Source of the DNA: a bacterium
Lineage (GTDB): Bacteria > Zhuqueibacterota > Zhuqueibacteria > Residuimicrobiales > Krinioviventaceae
NCBI GenBank assembly: GCA_963675755.2
Contig: CAXXMD010000003.1
Coordinates: forward strand, 1,280,001-1,344,000
DNA: 64,000 nt
Direction: 5' to 3'
The notes beneath the pieces are model-generated. The model was not told the DNA's origin. It ran no database searches and was given only the letters and a program-made list of their open reading frames with translations. This document shows, one piece after another, positions 21,057 to 29,478 of this stretch (position 1 is the first letter of the stretch; every line of letters starts with the position of its first letter). Both the position numbers and the translations under genes were made by a program.

Positions 21057-21882
21057 AACGAACCAAGCCGAAACCCTGAACCGACACATTCAAAATGCAT
21101 GTGCCTATATAAAACCTTTTCAACAAAACTATCCGAAAACCGGTCTCATAATTGGGTCCGGTTTAGGACGTTTAACAGATATCGTGAATGTTTCTGCCAA
21201 AATTCCATATAGAGACATTCCCCATTTTCCTGAATCCAGCGTTTCTTTTCATGCATCACAATGGCTGCATGGTGAAATCAACAATGTTCCAATAATTGTC
21301 ATGAATGGCCGCTATCATTACTACGAAGGCCTGACCATGCGGCAAATCACACTGCCAATTCGCGTTATGAAAAATTTGGGTATTGAAAATCTGATCATTA
21401 CTCACGCCGCGGGTAGTATCAATCCATCTTTAAAACCCGGTACACTGGCGGTGGTCACAGACCATATCAATTTGATGGGAGACAATCCCTTAATTGGAGC
21501 ATATGATACATTTATGGGCGAACGTTTTACGGATATGAGTGACGCCTATTCGCCCAAGCTCTTGAAAAAAACTTTATCCAGCAGTGATGTTGCAATTCCT
21601 AAAACCATTTTTGCCGGTCTTTCAGGACCTTCACTGCCATCGAATGCAGAAATATCTGCATTGCAAAAATTTGGAATAGATACAATTGGCATGTCTGTTG
21701 TACCAGAAGTGCTCACAGCACGGCAATTAAACATGAATGTGATAACGCTAACAGCCGTAACCGACCAGACATTGCCCGGAACACTTTTACAAAAAGTAGA
21801 TAAAAAAATGGTATCCCAAAACGCTCAAAAGCTTGTTAAACAACTTTCTGCGTTAATCGGGAAATTATTAAAAATTATATAA
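21043..21882 (+). CDS. Purine-nucleoside phosphorylase (trimeric NP-I type), divergent active site
   Basis: IIGSGLG, GRYHYYEG, DHINL and MSVVPE motifs. The TTG start overlaps the upstream gene and is uncertain. Confidence 0.75.
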   Translation: MRKNKTNQAETLNRHIQNACAYIKPFQQNYPKTGLIIGSGLGRLTDIVNVSAKIPYRDIPHFPESSVSFHASQWLHGEINNVPIIVMNGRYHYYEGLTMRQITLPIRVMKNLGIENLIITHAAGSINPSLKPGTLAVVTDHINLMGDNPLIGAYDTFMGERFTDMSDAYSPKLLKKTLSSSDVAIPKTIFAGLSGPSLPSNAEISALQKFGIDTIGMSVVPEVLTARQLNMNVITLTAVTDQTLPGTLLQKVDKKMVSQNAQKLVKQLSALIGKLLKII

Positions 21883-21893
21883 TGGACTGAAAA

Positions 21894-22757
21894 ATGTCAA
21901 AAATTGGAATTATCGGCGGTACCGGGCTCTATGATATTGAGGGTCTGAAAATCACCCAAGAAGTAGAAATTGACACCCCGTTCGGCAAACCTTCGGATGC
22001 CCTTCGAGTAGGTGAATTGGAAGGCAGAGAGGTAATCTTTTTGGCCCGTCATGGCAGAGGACACCGAATTTTACCCACAGAATTGAATTACAAGGCAAAT
22101 ATCTTTGCCATGAAAAGAATGGATGTGAAATGGATCATCTCCGTTTCTGCAGTGGGTTCTCTCAGACCGGACTATAAGCCGCAGGATGTTGTTATTATCG
22201 ATCAGTTTTTTGATCGTACCAATCAGGGCAGACAAAATACGTTTTTTGGCGAGGGTATTGTTTCGCACATCCAATTTGCCAAGCCCTTGTGTAATACACT
22301 GGGCAAGGTTTTACTGGATGCAGGAAACGAGTCCGGTGCGACTACTCATTATGGTGGTACATATATCAACATAGAAGGACCTGCTTTTTCAACGTTAGCA
22401 GAGTCGCAAACGTATCGTAAATGGGGCATGGATGTTGTAGGTATGACCCAAATTAACGAGGCAAAACTTGCCCGCGAAGCTGAAATCTGTTACGCAACCC
22501 TGGCAATGATAACCGACTATGACTGCTGGTATGAAGAAGAAACCGGCTCAACAGTTTCAGTCGATATGATTATGGAATACCTGAAACACAATGTAGATAT
22601 TTCCAGAAAAATCATTAAAGAAGCAGTAAAAAACATGCCAAAAGAACAGAATTGCAGCTGCTCAAACGCACTGGCCAATTCATTTATTACGCCAAAGGAA
22701 CTCTGGCCCACAGAAACCGTTAATAAACTTGAGCCTATACTGAAAAAATATTTATAA
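21894..22757 (+). CDS. mtnP: S-methyl-5'-thioadenosine phosphorylase
   Basis: IGIIGGTG, TPFGKPS, RHGRGH, EGPAFST, VVGMT and TDYDCW motifs. Confidence 0.92.
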   Translation: MSKIGIIGGTGLYDIEGLKITQEVEIDTPFGKPSDALRVGELEGREVIFLARHGRGHRILPTELNYKANIFAMKRMDVKWIISVSAVGSLRPDYKPQDVVIIDQFFDRTNQGRQNTFFGEGIVSHIQFAKPLCNTLGKVLLDAGNESGATTHYGGTYINIEGPAFSTLAESQTYRKWGMDVVGMTQINEAKLAREAEICYATLAMITDYDCWYEEETGSTVSVDMIMEYLKHNVDISRKIIKEAVKNMPKEQNCSCSNALANSFITPKELWPTETVNKLEPILKKYL

Positions 22758-22784
22758 AAACAATCAAGGAACAGAGAGCTTATT

Positions 22785-25700
22785 ATGTTTAAAGAAGTGT
22801 CATCCAGAATCGATTTTCCGAAAATGGAAAAAGAAATTCGGGAATTTTGGGAAAAAGAAAACATTTTTGTACGCAGCATTGAAGAAAGAGATGAAAACAA
22901 TGCCTATGTCTTTTTTGAAGGACCTCCAACAGCAAACGGACGCCCCGGTATTCACCATGTTATTTCAAGATCGGTTAAGGATTGTGTTTGTCGCTTGAAA
23001 ACCATGCAGGGTTACCGTGTGGAAAGAAAAGCAGGTTGGGATACTCACGGACTTCCGGTTGAAATTGAAGTTGAAAAACAGCTCGGTATTGATCGCAAAG
23101 ATGAAGTTATTGACTTTGGTGTTGGTGCATTTAATCAAAAATGTAGAGCCAGTGTTTGGAATTATAAACAAGATTGGGATGAATTAACCCGCAGAATGGC
23201 CTATTGGGTTGATCTGGATGATCCGTATATCACCTATACCAATGATTATATTGAAACCGTCTGGTGGATTCTCAAAGAATTCTGGAAAAAAGACATGCTG
23301 TACCTGGGATACAAGATTTTACCTTATTGTCCCCATTGCGAAACTCCGCTCTCCAGTCACGAAGTATCACAGGGATACAAAGAAGTTGATGATCCATCTG
23401 TTTTTGTAAAGGCAAAAATAAAAAACCAGGACAATACATCCATTCTGGTATGGACCACAACTCCCTGGACGCTGATCTCCAACGTTGCCCTGGCCCTGCA
23501 TCCCGATGTGGAATATGTCAAGGTTAAACACAATGATGAATTCCTCATTCTTGCTCGTGAACGCCTGTTGGTTCTGGAAGGCGATTACGAAATCGTAGAG
23601 GAGTACAAAGGCGCTGATCTGAAAGGCATTGATTATGAACCTTTCTTTGATTTTATTGAACCTGAAAAACGCGCCCATTTTACCATTATGGCCGATTTTG
23701 TAACCACCACTGATGGTTCCGGCATTGTACATATTGCCCCTGCTTTTGGTGAAGACGATTACCAGGTGGGCTTGAAAAACGATCTGCCGGTCATCCATCC
23801 CGTTGACAAGAGCGGTAAATTTATCAACGATGTAACCGAATGGGCCGGTGTGTTTGTCAAAGATGCGGACAAGAGCATTATCCGGAATCTAAAAGAGCGA
23901 AACATTCTCTATCGTACAGAAAAAATCACTCACAGTTACCCACACTGCTGGCGCTGTGATTCTCCATTGCTCTATTACGCGCGTAAATCGTGGTATATTC
24001 GCACAACCGCGATTAAAGATAGATTGATTGCAAACAATAAAAAGATCAACTGGTTCCCCAAAGAAGTAGGGGCCGGACGTTTTGGCGAATGGCTTGAAAA
24101 CAATATCGACTGGGCACTGTCACGAGACCGCTTTTGGGGCACTCCCCTGCCGGTTTGGCGCTGTAACGATTGTGATCATATGGACTGTATTGGCAGCGTT
24201 GAAGAGTTGATTGAAAAAGCACCCGGTACGGATAAAGAAATAGATCTGCACAAACCCCACATTGACGATGTAACCTGGGCTTGTGAAAAGTGCGGCAGCA
24301 AAATGGTACGCGTGCCCGAAGTAATCGACTGCTGGTTCGATTCAGGCAGCATGCCCTACGCGCAATGGCACTATCCCTTTGAAAACAAGGAAAAATTTGA
24401 AAAAAGTTTTCCCGCGGATTTTATTTCCGAAGGTGTAGACCAGACCCGCGGTTGGTTCTATTCTCTGCTGGCAATCAGTACCTTTTTGTTTGATGAACCG
24501 GCTTATAAATCCTGTATTTCTCTTGAATTGATTCTGGATAAAGACGGACAAAAAATGTCAAAATCCCGTGGTAACGCGGTGGATCCGTTCCAGGTCATGG
24601 ATAAATACGGTACTGATGCCCTGCGCTGGTACCTGATGACAGTGAGTCCCCCCTGGCTGCCTACCCGTTTTGATGAAGACGGTGTAAACGAGGTAAGCCG
24701 GAAACTGTTGGGCACACTGCTTAATACCTATTCATTCTTTGTCATGTATGCCAATATTGATAATTTTGTATATAATACAGCCGAACGAATTCCTGTACAG
24801 GACCGTGCGGAAATTGACAGATGGATCAGCTCAAAGCTTGCTACCCTGGTCAAAACCGTGAATACAAATCTTGAAAAGTTTGATCTGACCAAAGCGGCAC
24901 GCGCCATTTCTGAATTCATGATTGATGATCTGTCAAACTGGTACGTGCGTCGTTGTCGCCGCCGGTTCTGGAAATCGGAAATGGGTCACGACAAGCTGTC
25001 CGCTTTTCAAACCCTGTACGAATCCATGCTGACTGTGGTTAAAATGCTGGCACCTTTTGCCCCCTATATTTCAGAAGAGCTATACCGGGACCTGACTACG
25101 GGACAACAGGTAGAGAGCTGCGACAGTGTTCACCTCTGCATGTTCCCGAAAACCGGTGAAGCTCCTGCCGAGTATACGGATGAAGTACTTGAATCCAGCA
25201 TGGATCTGGTACGCCGGATTGTAAATATGGGCCGCGCATTGCGTAACGAAACCGCTATCAAGGTAAGACAACCGCTTTCGGCATTGCTGTGTGTAGCAGA
25301 ATCCGATAAACGTCGTGACGCCATTAACAGTATGAAAAACCTCATTCTTGAGGAACTGAATGTAAAAGAAATTAAATTTGTTGATGACGCGTCTCAATTG
25401 CTGTCTAAAAAAGCTCAGCCGATTTTCAAAAATCTGGGTCCCAAATTCGGCAAAGCCGTCAACAGCGCGGCAGAAGCCATTCGCAGTTTTGGTGATACAG
25501 AAATTGATCGCATTCTGAAAAACGGCGGTGAACGCCTGGTTGTAGACGGTCACGAAGCCATCTTGACTGAAGAAGATATAAAGATCGAGACTGAGAATAA
25601 AGAAGGCCTGGTTGCAGATACAGAAGGCGATCTGACCCTGGCACTTGAAACCACCATTACAGAAGAACTGATGTATGAAGGTTTGGCCCGCGAGTTTGTG

Positions 25701-25928
25701 AACCGTGTACAGAATATGCGTAAAGATGCAGGATTTGAAGTAACAGACCGAATCAGCATTACCGCGCAGGCGTCACCCAACATGTGCACTGCCATTAAAA
25801 ATCTCAACGATTATATCACAAACGAAACCCTGGCAGATTCAATTGATCTTGGCAAGGTTGAAGGTACCGTTACCAAAGACTGGAAGATTGGTGATGAAAT
25901 CGTTTCAATCGGAGTTACCAAACAATAG
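22785..25928 (+). CDS. ileS: Isoleucine--tRNA ligase, type 2, with a GIHH signature
   Basis: FEGPPTANGRPGIHH, GWDTHGLP, WTTTPWTL and KMSKS motifs; type 2 C-terminus (EGLARE..NRVQNMRK). Confidence 0.97.
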   Translation: MFKEVSSRIDFPKMEKEIREFWEKENIFVRSIEERDENNAYVFFEGPPTANGRPGIHHVISRSVKDCVCRLKTMQGYRVERKAGWDTHGLPVEIEVEKQLGIDRKDEVIDFGVGAFNQKCRASVWNYKQDWDELTRRMAYWVDLDDPYITYTNDYIETVWWILKEFWKKDMLYLGYKILPYCPHCETPLSSHEVSQGYKEVDDPSVFVKAKIKNQDNTSILVWTTTPWTLISNVALALHPDVEYVKVKHNDEFLILARERLLVLEGDYEIVEEYKGADLKGIDYEPFFDFIEPEKRAHFTIMADFVTTTDGSGIVHIAPAFGEDDYQVGLKNDLPVIHPVDKSGKFINDVTEWAGVFVKDADKSIIRNLKERNILYRTEKITHSYPHCWRCDSPLLYYARKSWYIRTTAIKDRLIANNKKINWFPKEVGAGRFGEWLENNIDWALSRDRFWGTPLPVWRCNDCDHMDCIGSVEELIEKAPGTDKEIDLHKPHIDDVTWACEKCGSKMVRVPEVIDCWFDSGSMPYAQWHYPFENKEKFEKSFPADFISEGVDQTRGWFYSLLAISTFLFDEPAYKSCISLELILDKDGQKMSKSRGNAVDPFQVMDKYGTDALRWYLMTVSPPWLPTRFDEDGVNEVSRKLLGTLLNTYSFFVMYANIDNFVYNTAERIPVQDRAEIDRWISSKLATLVKTVNTNLEKFDLTKAARAISEFMIDDLSNWYVRRCRRRFWKSEMGHDKLSAFQTLYESMLTVVKMLAPFAPYISEELYRDLTTGQQVESCDSVHLCMFPKTGEAPAEYTDEVLESSMDLVRRIVNMGRALRNETAIKVRQPLSALLCVAESDKRRDAINSMKNLILEELNVKEIKFVDDASQLLSKKAQPIFKNLGPKFGKAVNSAAEAIRSFGDTEIDRILKNGGERLVVDGHEAILTEEDIKIETENKEGLVADTEGDLTLALETTITEELMYEGLAREFVNRVQNMRKDAGFEVTDRISITAQASPNMCTAIKNLNDYITNETLADSIDLGKVEGTVTKDWKIGDEIVSIGVTKQ

Positions 25929-25960
25929 CAGGCCCTGCCCGCTGAAAAAACGAGAGGTTT

Positions 25961-26509
25961 ATGAAAGCATTAAAAATATTATGGATTTCCATAGCGCTTT
26001 TTATTGTAGATCAGATCACTAAATATATCATAAAGACCGGCATGGACCTTCACCAGTCCATACCGGTATGGGGTGATTTTTTTAAAATTACGTATGTAGA
26101 AAACACAGGCATGGCCTTTGGCATTAGCCTGGGTAACAATATGGTACTGACCGGACTGGCATCCGCTGCAAGCGTAGCCATTCTGGTATATTTCTTTATC
26201 ATGAAAGGCGAGCACCTGATCGCCCGGCTGTCTATGGCCATCATCTTTGGCGGCGCATTGGGCAACCTGTTTGATCGTATAACCCGTCACAGTGTAGTGG
26301 ATTTTCTGGATTTCGAGTTTTTTGATATTCTTATACCCAAATTCGACTTTTTGTTCATCCACTTTCCCGGTTACAGCATGACCCGCTGGCCGGTTTTCAA
26401 CGTAGCTGACATTGCCGTCTCGGTGGGAATGGTGATGCTGCTCATCTTTATCGCTTTTGACAAAGAGCATGAAGAAACACCTGAAATTGTAGAACAACAA
26501 GAAGCATAA
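25961..26509 (+). CDS. lspA: Signal peptidase II (lipoprotein signal peptidase)
   Basis: DQITK, NTGMAFG, GGALGNLFDR, VVDFL and FNVAD motifs. Confidence 0.95.
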   Translation: MKALKILWISIALFIVDQITKYIIKTGMDLHQSIPVWGDFFKITYVENTGMAFGISLGNNMVLTGLASAASVAILVYFFIMKGEHLIARLSMAIIFGGALGNLFDRITRHSVVDFLDFEFFDILIPKFDFLFIHFPGYSMTRWPVFNVADIAVSVGMVMLLIFIAFDKEHEETPEIVEQQEA

Positions 26510-26547
26510 AAAAAGCCGGTGAGAGTATCACCGGCTTTTTTGTTTAG
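26278..26547 (+). repeat. Repeat L copy 1 (270 bp): lspA 3' portion plus terminator
   Basis: Direct repeat of 29101-29370. By eye there are 6 third-position coding differences and 2 in the terminator loop. Confidence 0.95.
26508..26541 (+). terminator. Rho-independent terminator after lspA
   Basis: A-run, GCCGGTGA-gagta-TCACCGGC, T6. Confidence 0.9.
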
Positions 26548-26577
26548 ATATTTTCATTTGATACTATCAATTTGTCC

Positions 26578-26606
26578 TTGCCTTGTAATACATTAATTTT
26601 TATCTT
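26578..26606 (+). promoter_or_regulatory. Putative sigma70-type promoter of cassette gene A
   Basis: TTGCCT-N17-TATCTT between the terminator and the ATG at 26662; motif match only. Confidence 0.35.
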
Positions 26607-26661
26607 GATTTATATAATGGGGACGACGCTGATTCTGGAATAACACAATCGGGGTGTAAAC

Positions 26662-28863
26662 ATGATTAAATCATTAAAATTAAATATTTATAATATTATC
26701 ATAATTATTGCAACAGGATTAAACGCGCAAACCTGGGAAACCTATACCAGCAATAATGACGTGCAGGATCTCTGCTGTGTTGGAGATTACTGCTGGGTGG
26801 CAACCACCGGAGGGGTAGTCAGAGTCAATATACATGATTTCAGTTTTGAAGAATTTGACATTGATGATGGGTTGGTAAAAAACAATACTACCGCTATAAC
26901 AATTAAAAATAATGAGGTTTGGGCAGCATCTTATCAAAATGGAATTTCAATTTATGATGGAAATACCTGGCAAGTACTCGAGATAGATGACTGTGATCTG
27001 GTTGGACAAATTATAAACTGTATTAATACTAATGATGATAATATCTGGGTTGGTACCCGAAACGGTGTTTATGTGCATGCCGAATCAACCTGGACTCACT
27101 ATTCAGAATCAAACTCACCTCTGATAGATGATGTTGTAAATTCTATTGCAATTGATCAACAAGGCAAAATCTGGATAGGTACAGACAATGGAATATCTGT
27201 TTATGATAATGGCAACTGGGAAACCCATGGAAAAGGTATAGGAGCATTTGAACTGACTGTTGATCAGGATAACAATATTTGGATTGCAAGTGCAGATGCT
27301 GGTATATATATGTATAATCATTTACAATGGTTTAACTTTGATCATACAAATAGCATGTTAGATTATGGAACTTATCGTACAATTTATGCCTTTCAATTTA
27401 ATGAAAAAAATATTTGGATTGGTTCTTATTATGGGCATATTTATGAAATTTCCAAAACATTCGATTGGACCATGTATGATTCAACAAATAGTAATTTGCC
27501 AGTTAATTTACTAGATGTTCATGGGAATCGAATGCCAAGTCCGATTAACACTATTGAGCAAGATTCAAATGGTAATATGTGGGTTGGCTCTCAATATGGT
27601 TTATATCATTTCAATGGTTCAACCTGGAAACGAGTGAATATATCACAACATCTGCAAACAAATTTTGTTACTGCATTATTAACTGATAAAGAAGGAAATA
27701 TCTGGGTGGGTTCTTCACAACATGTTTTTCAAATAAAAGATAACAATTGGTACCATCATAATCCTTTTGAACCAAATCTTGATAGTCGGAATGTTATGGA
27801 TATGAACATGCATAACACTGGAAAAATCTGGTGTACAAATCCCGTCAAAGAAGGAGAGATTTCCGTGTTCGATGGCGAAACATGGACAAACTATAACAAA
27901 AACAACAGTCCATTAAATATGAATTGGATCAAATGTATTGGTGTTGATTTTGATGGGACAATTTGGCTGGGAAGCTATGCATATGGTTTGGCATGTCTCG
28001 ATGGTTCTGATTTTTCCCAATTGGGGGATCCTCCTTATTATTATAATGATATGGATATTACTGATATAGATATCGATAATAAAGGGTCAATATGGATTTG
28101 CACAAATTCTACTGGCTATAATTATAGAAGCAAGGGTTTGGTTAATTATAATAAAAAAGAGAATCTGTGGTCTTTTTATGACACCTCTAACAGCGGCATT
28201 GCTTCAAATTTCACCTACTCTTTAGCATTTGAAAATGATACAACTTTATGGGTAACAACTTTGAACGGTGTTTCACAATTTAATGGACATGATTGGATCA
28301 CATATAATACAGAAAATAGCGGCCTCATTTATAATTGGGTCATTTCCTGTACTATCGATCAAAAAGGACGCAAATGGTTCGGGACGTATGGTCATGGTGT
28401 TTCTATGTTGGATGGGGACACATGGACATCTTTTACCAAAGAAAACAGCATCTTGGTCCATGATCATATTTATGATATTGCAGTAGATCAGAATGGTAAG
28501 GTGTACTTTGCAACCAACGGTGGTCTTTCTGTATATAGTGAAACTGAAACCTTAATAGAAAAGAATGATATAGAATTCCCAAAATCAACCCGATTAATCT
28601 CAAGCTACCCCAATCCTTTCAATTCCAGTACCACAATCCAATATACGCTGGACAAACCGGGCCAAATAAAACTTAGCATATACAACATACACGGTCAAAA
28701 GGTGACAACATTGCTCAACAGTTATGAAACAGCAGGAGAGCATCGGTTAATGTGGGACGGTACAACGGATCGGGGTGAACCTGCTGCTTCGGGAATTTAT
28801 TTTATTAAATTAACACGAGATAAAGTAACCTCTGAATTAAAAAGAGTGCTGTTGTTGAAATAG
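26662..28863 (+). CDS. Secreted beta-propeller protein (two-component-regulator propeller repeats) with a C-terminal T9SS/FlgD-type sorting domain (cassette gene A)
   Basis: Signal peptide ending LNA-Q; repeated IAIDxxGxIWIGT...W..Y...NS units; C-terminal YPNPFN...WDG...ASGIYF...LLLK. Confidence 0.85.
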   Translation: MIKSLKLNIYNIIIIIATGLNAQTWETYTSNNDVQDLCCVGDYCWVATTGGVVRVNIHDFSFEEFDIDDGLVKNNTTAITIKNNEVWAASYQNGISIYDGNTWQVLEIDDCDLVGQIINCINTNDDNIWVGTRNGVYVHAESTWTHYSESNSPLIDDVVNSIAIDQQGKIWIGTDNGISVYDNGNWETHGKGIGAFELTVDQDNNIWIASADAGIYMYNHLQWFNFDHTNSMLDYGTYRTIYAFQFNEKNIWIGSYYGHIYEISKTFDWTMYDSTNSNLPVNLLDVHGNRMPSPINTIEQDSNGNMWVGSQYGLYHFNGSTWKRVNISQHLQTNFVTALLTDKEGNIWVGSSQHVFQIKDNNWYHHNPFEPNLDSRNVMDMNMHNTGKIWCTNPVKEGEISVFDGETWTNYNKNNSPLNMNWIKCIGVDFDGTIWLGSYAYGLACLDGSDFSQLGDPPYYYNDMDITDIDIDNKGSIWICTNSTGYNYRSKGLVNYNKKENLWSFYDTSNSGIASNFTYSLAFENDTTLWVTTLNGVSQFNGHDWITYNTENSGLIYNWVISCTIDQKGRKWFGTYGHGVSMLDGDTWTSFTKENSILVHDHIYDIAVDQNGKVYFATNGGLSVYSETETLIEKNDIEFPKSTRLISSYPNPFNSSTTIQYTLDKPGQIKLSIYNIHGQKVTTLLNSYETAGEHRLMWDGTTDRGEPAASGIYFIKLTRDKVTSELKRVLLLK

Positions 28864-28882
28864 ATAGCTGGCTATAGGAAGC

Positions 28883-28913
28883 GATCGTGACGGAGATAAT
28901 CTCTGTCACGATC
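28883..28913. repeat. REP-like palindrome family P1, copy 1
   Basis: GATCGTGACGGAGATAATCTCTGTCACGATC; other copies at 31154, 60535 and 63116. Confidence 0.85.
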
Positions 28914-29070
28914 TTTAATATAGAAAAATGCATCGCCATCAGAAGTAGGATTTATTTCGTTCTACCTGTAGATCCCATTTCAATAGGATTGTCCTCCGCC
29001 AGGTGGACTGTATCAAGAGTTAAAAAACGTGCCTTAACATGTTGAATAAACAGAACTTATCCAGACATAG

Positions 29071-29098
29071 CGTTCCCAAACAGGAGCTTGGGAACAAG
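29071..29098. repeat. REP-like palindrome family P2, copy 1, at the array junction
   Basis: CGTTCCCAAACAGGAGCTTGGGAACAAG; second copy at 31341. Confidence 0.75.
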
Positions 29099-29100
29099 TA

Positions 29101-29332
29101 TATCACCCGTCACAGTGTAGTGGATTTTCTGGATTTCGAGTTTTTTGATATTCTTATACCCAAATTCGACTTTTTGTTCATCCACTTTCCCGGTTACAGC
29201 ATGACCCGCTGGCCGGTTTTCAACGTGGCTGACATTGCCGTCTCGGTGGGAATGGTCATGCTGCTCATCTTTATCGCTTTTGATAAAGAGCATGAAGAAA
29301 CGCCTGAAATCGTAGAACAACAAGAAGCATAA
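29101..29332 (+). pseudogene. lspA: Orphan lspA 3' fragment (76 codons, no lspA 5' end)
   Basis: Encodes ITRHSVVDF...EQQEA, identical in protein sequence to the LspA C-terminus; only synonymous differences. Confidence 0.92.
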
Positions 29333-29364
29333 AAAAAGCCGGTGATAGTCTCACCGGCTTTTTT
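29331..29364 (+). terminator. Duplicated lspA terminator
   Basis: GCCGGTGA-tagtc-TCACCGGC-T6; stem identical to copy 1, loop differs. Confidence 0.9.
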
Positions 29365-29478
29365 GTTTAGTAACATTATTTGAATATTAAAAAAAAATTA
29401 TTATTTTGAACATTACGGGGAGTTTTAAAAGGGATTTAAAATTTTTATTATACCCGGATAACGAATTACAGGATTACG

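Larger units (their letters stand above)
28605..29102 (+). repeat. Repeat C copy 1 (about 498 bp): sorting-domain coding sequence plus about 240 bp of downstream spacer
   Basis: Direct repeat of 30876-31372, starting at the YPNPFN codons; 81 of 85 amino acids identical; one indel in the spacer. Confidence 0.95.

Noticed and set aside
29039-29332. 97 aa ORF as a second functional lspA
   Set aside because: Its first 21 residues are read from the spacer and palindrome; the N-terminal part of LspA is missing.
26278-29370. Prophage or integrase-encoding island with attL/attR in lspA
   Set aside because: No integrase or phage gene lies between the repeats; only one secreted-protein gene.
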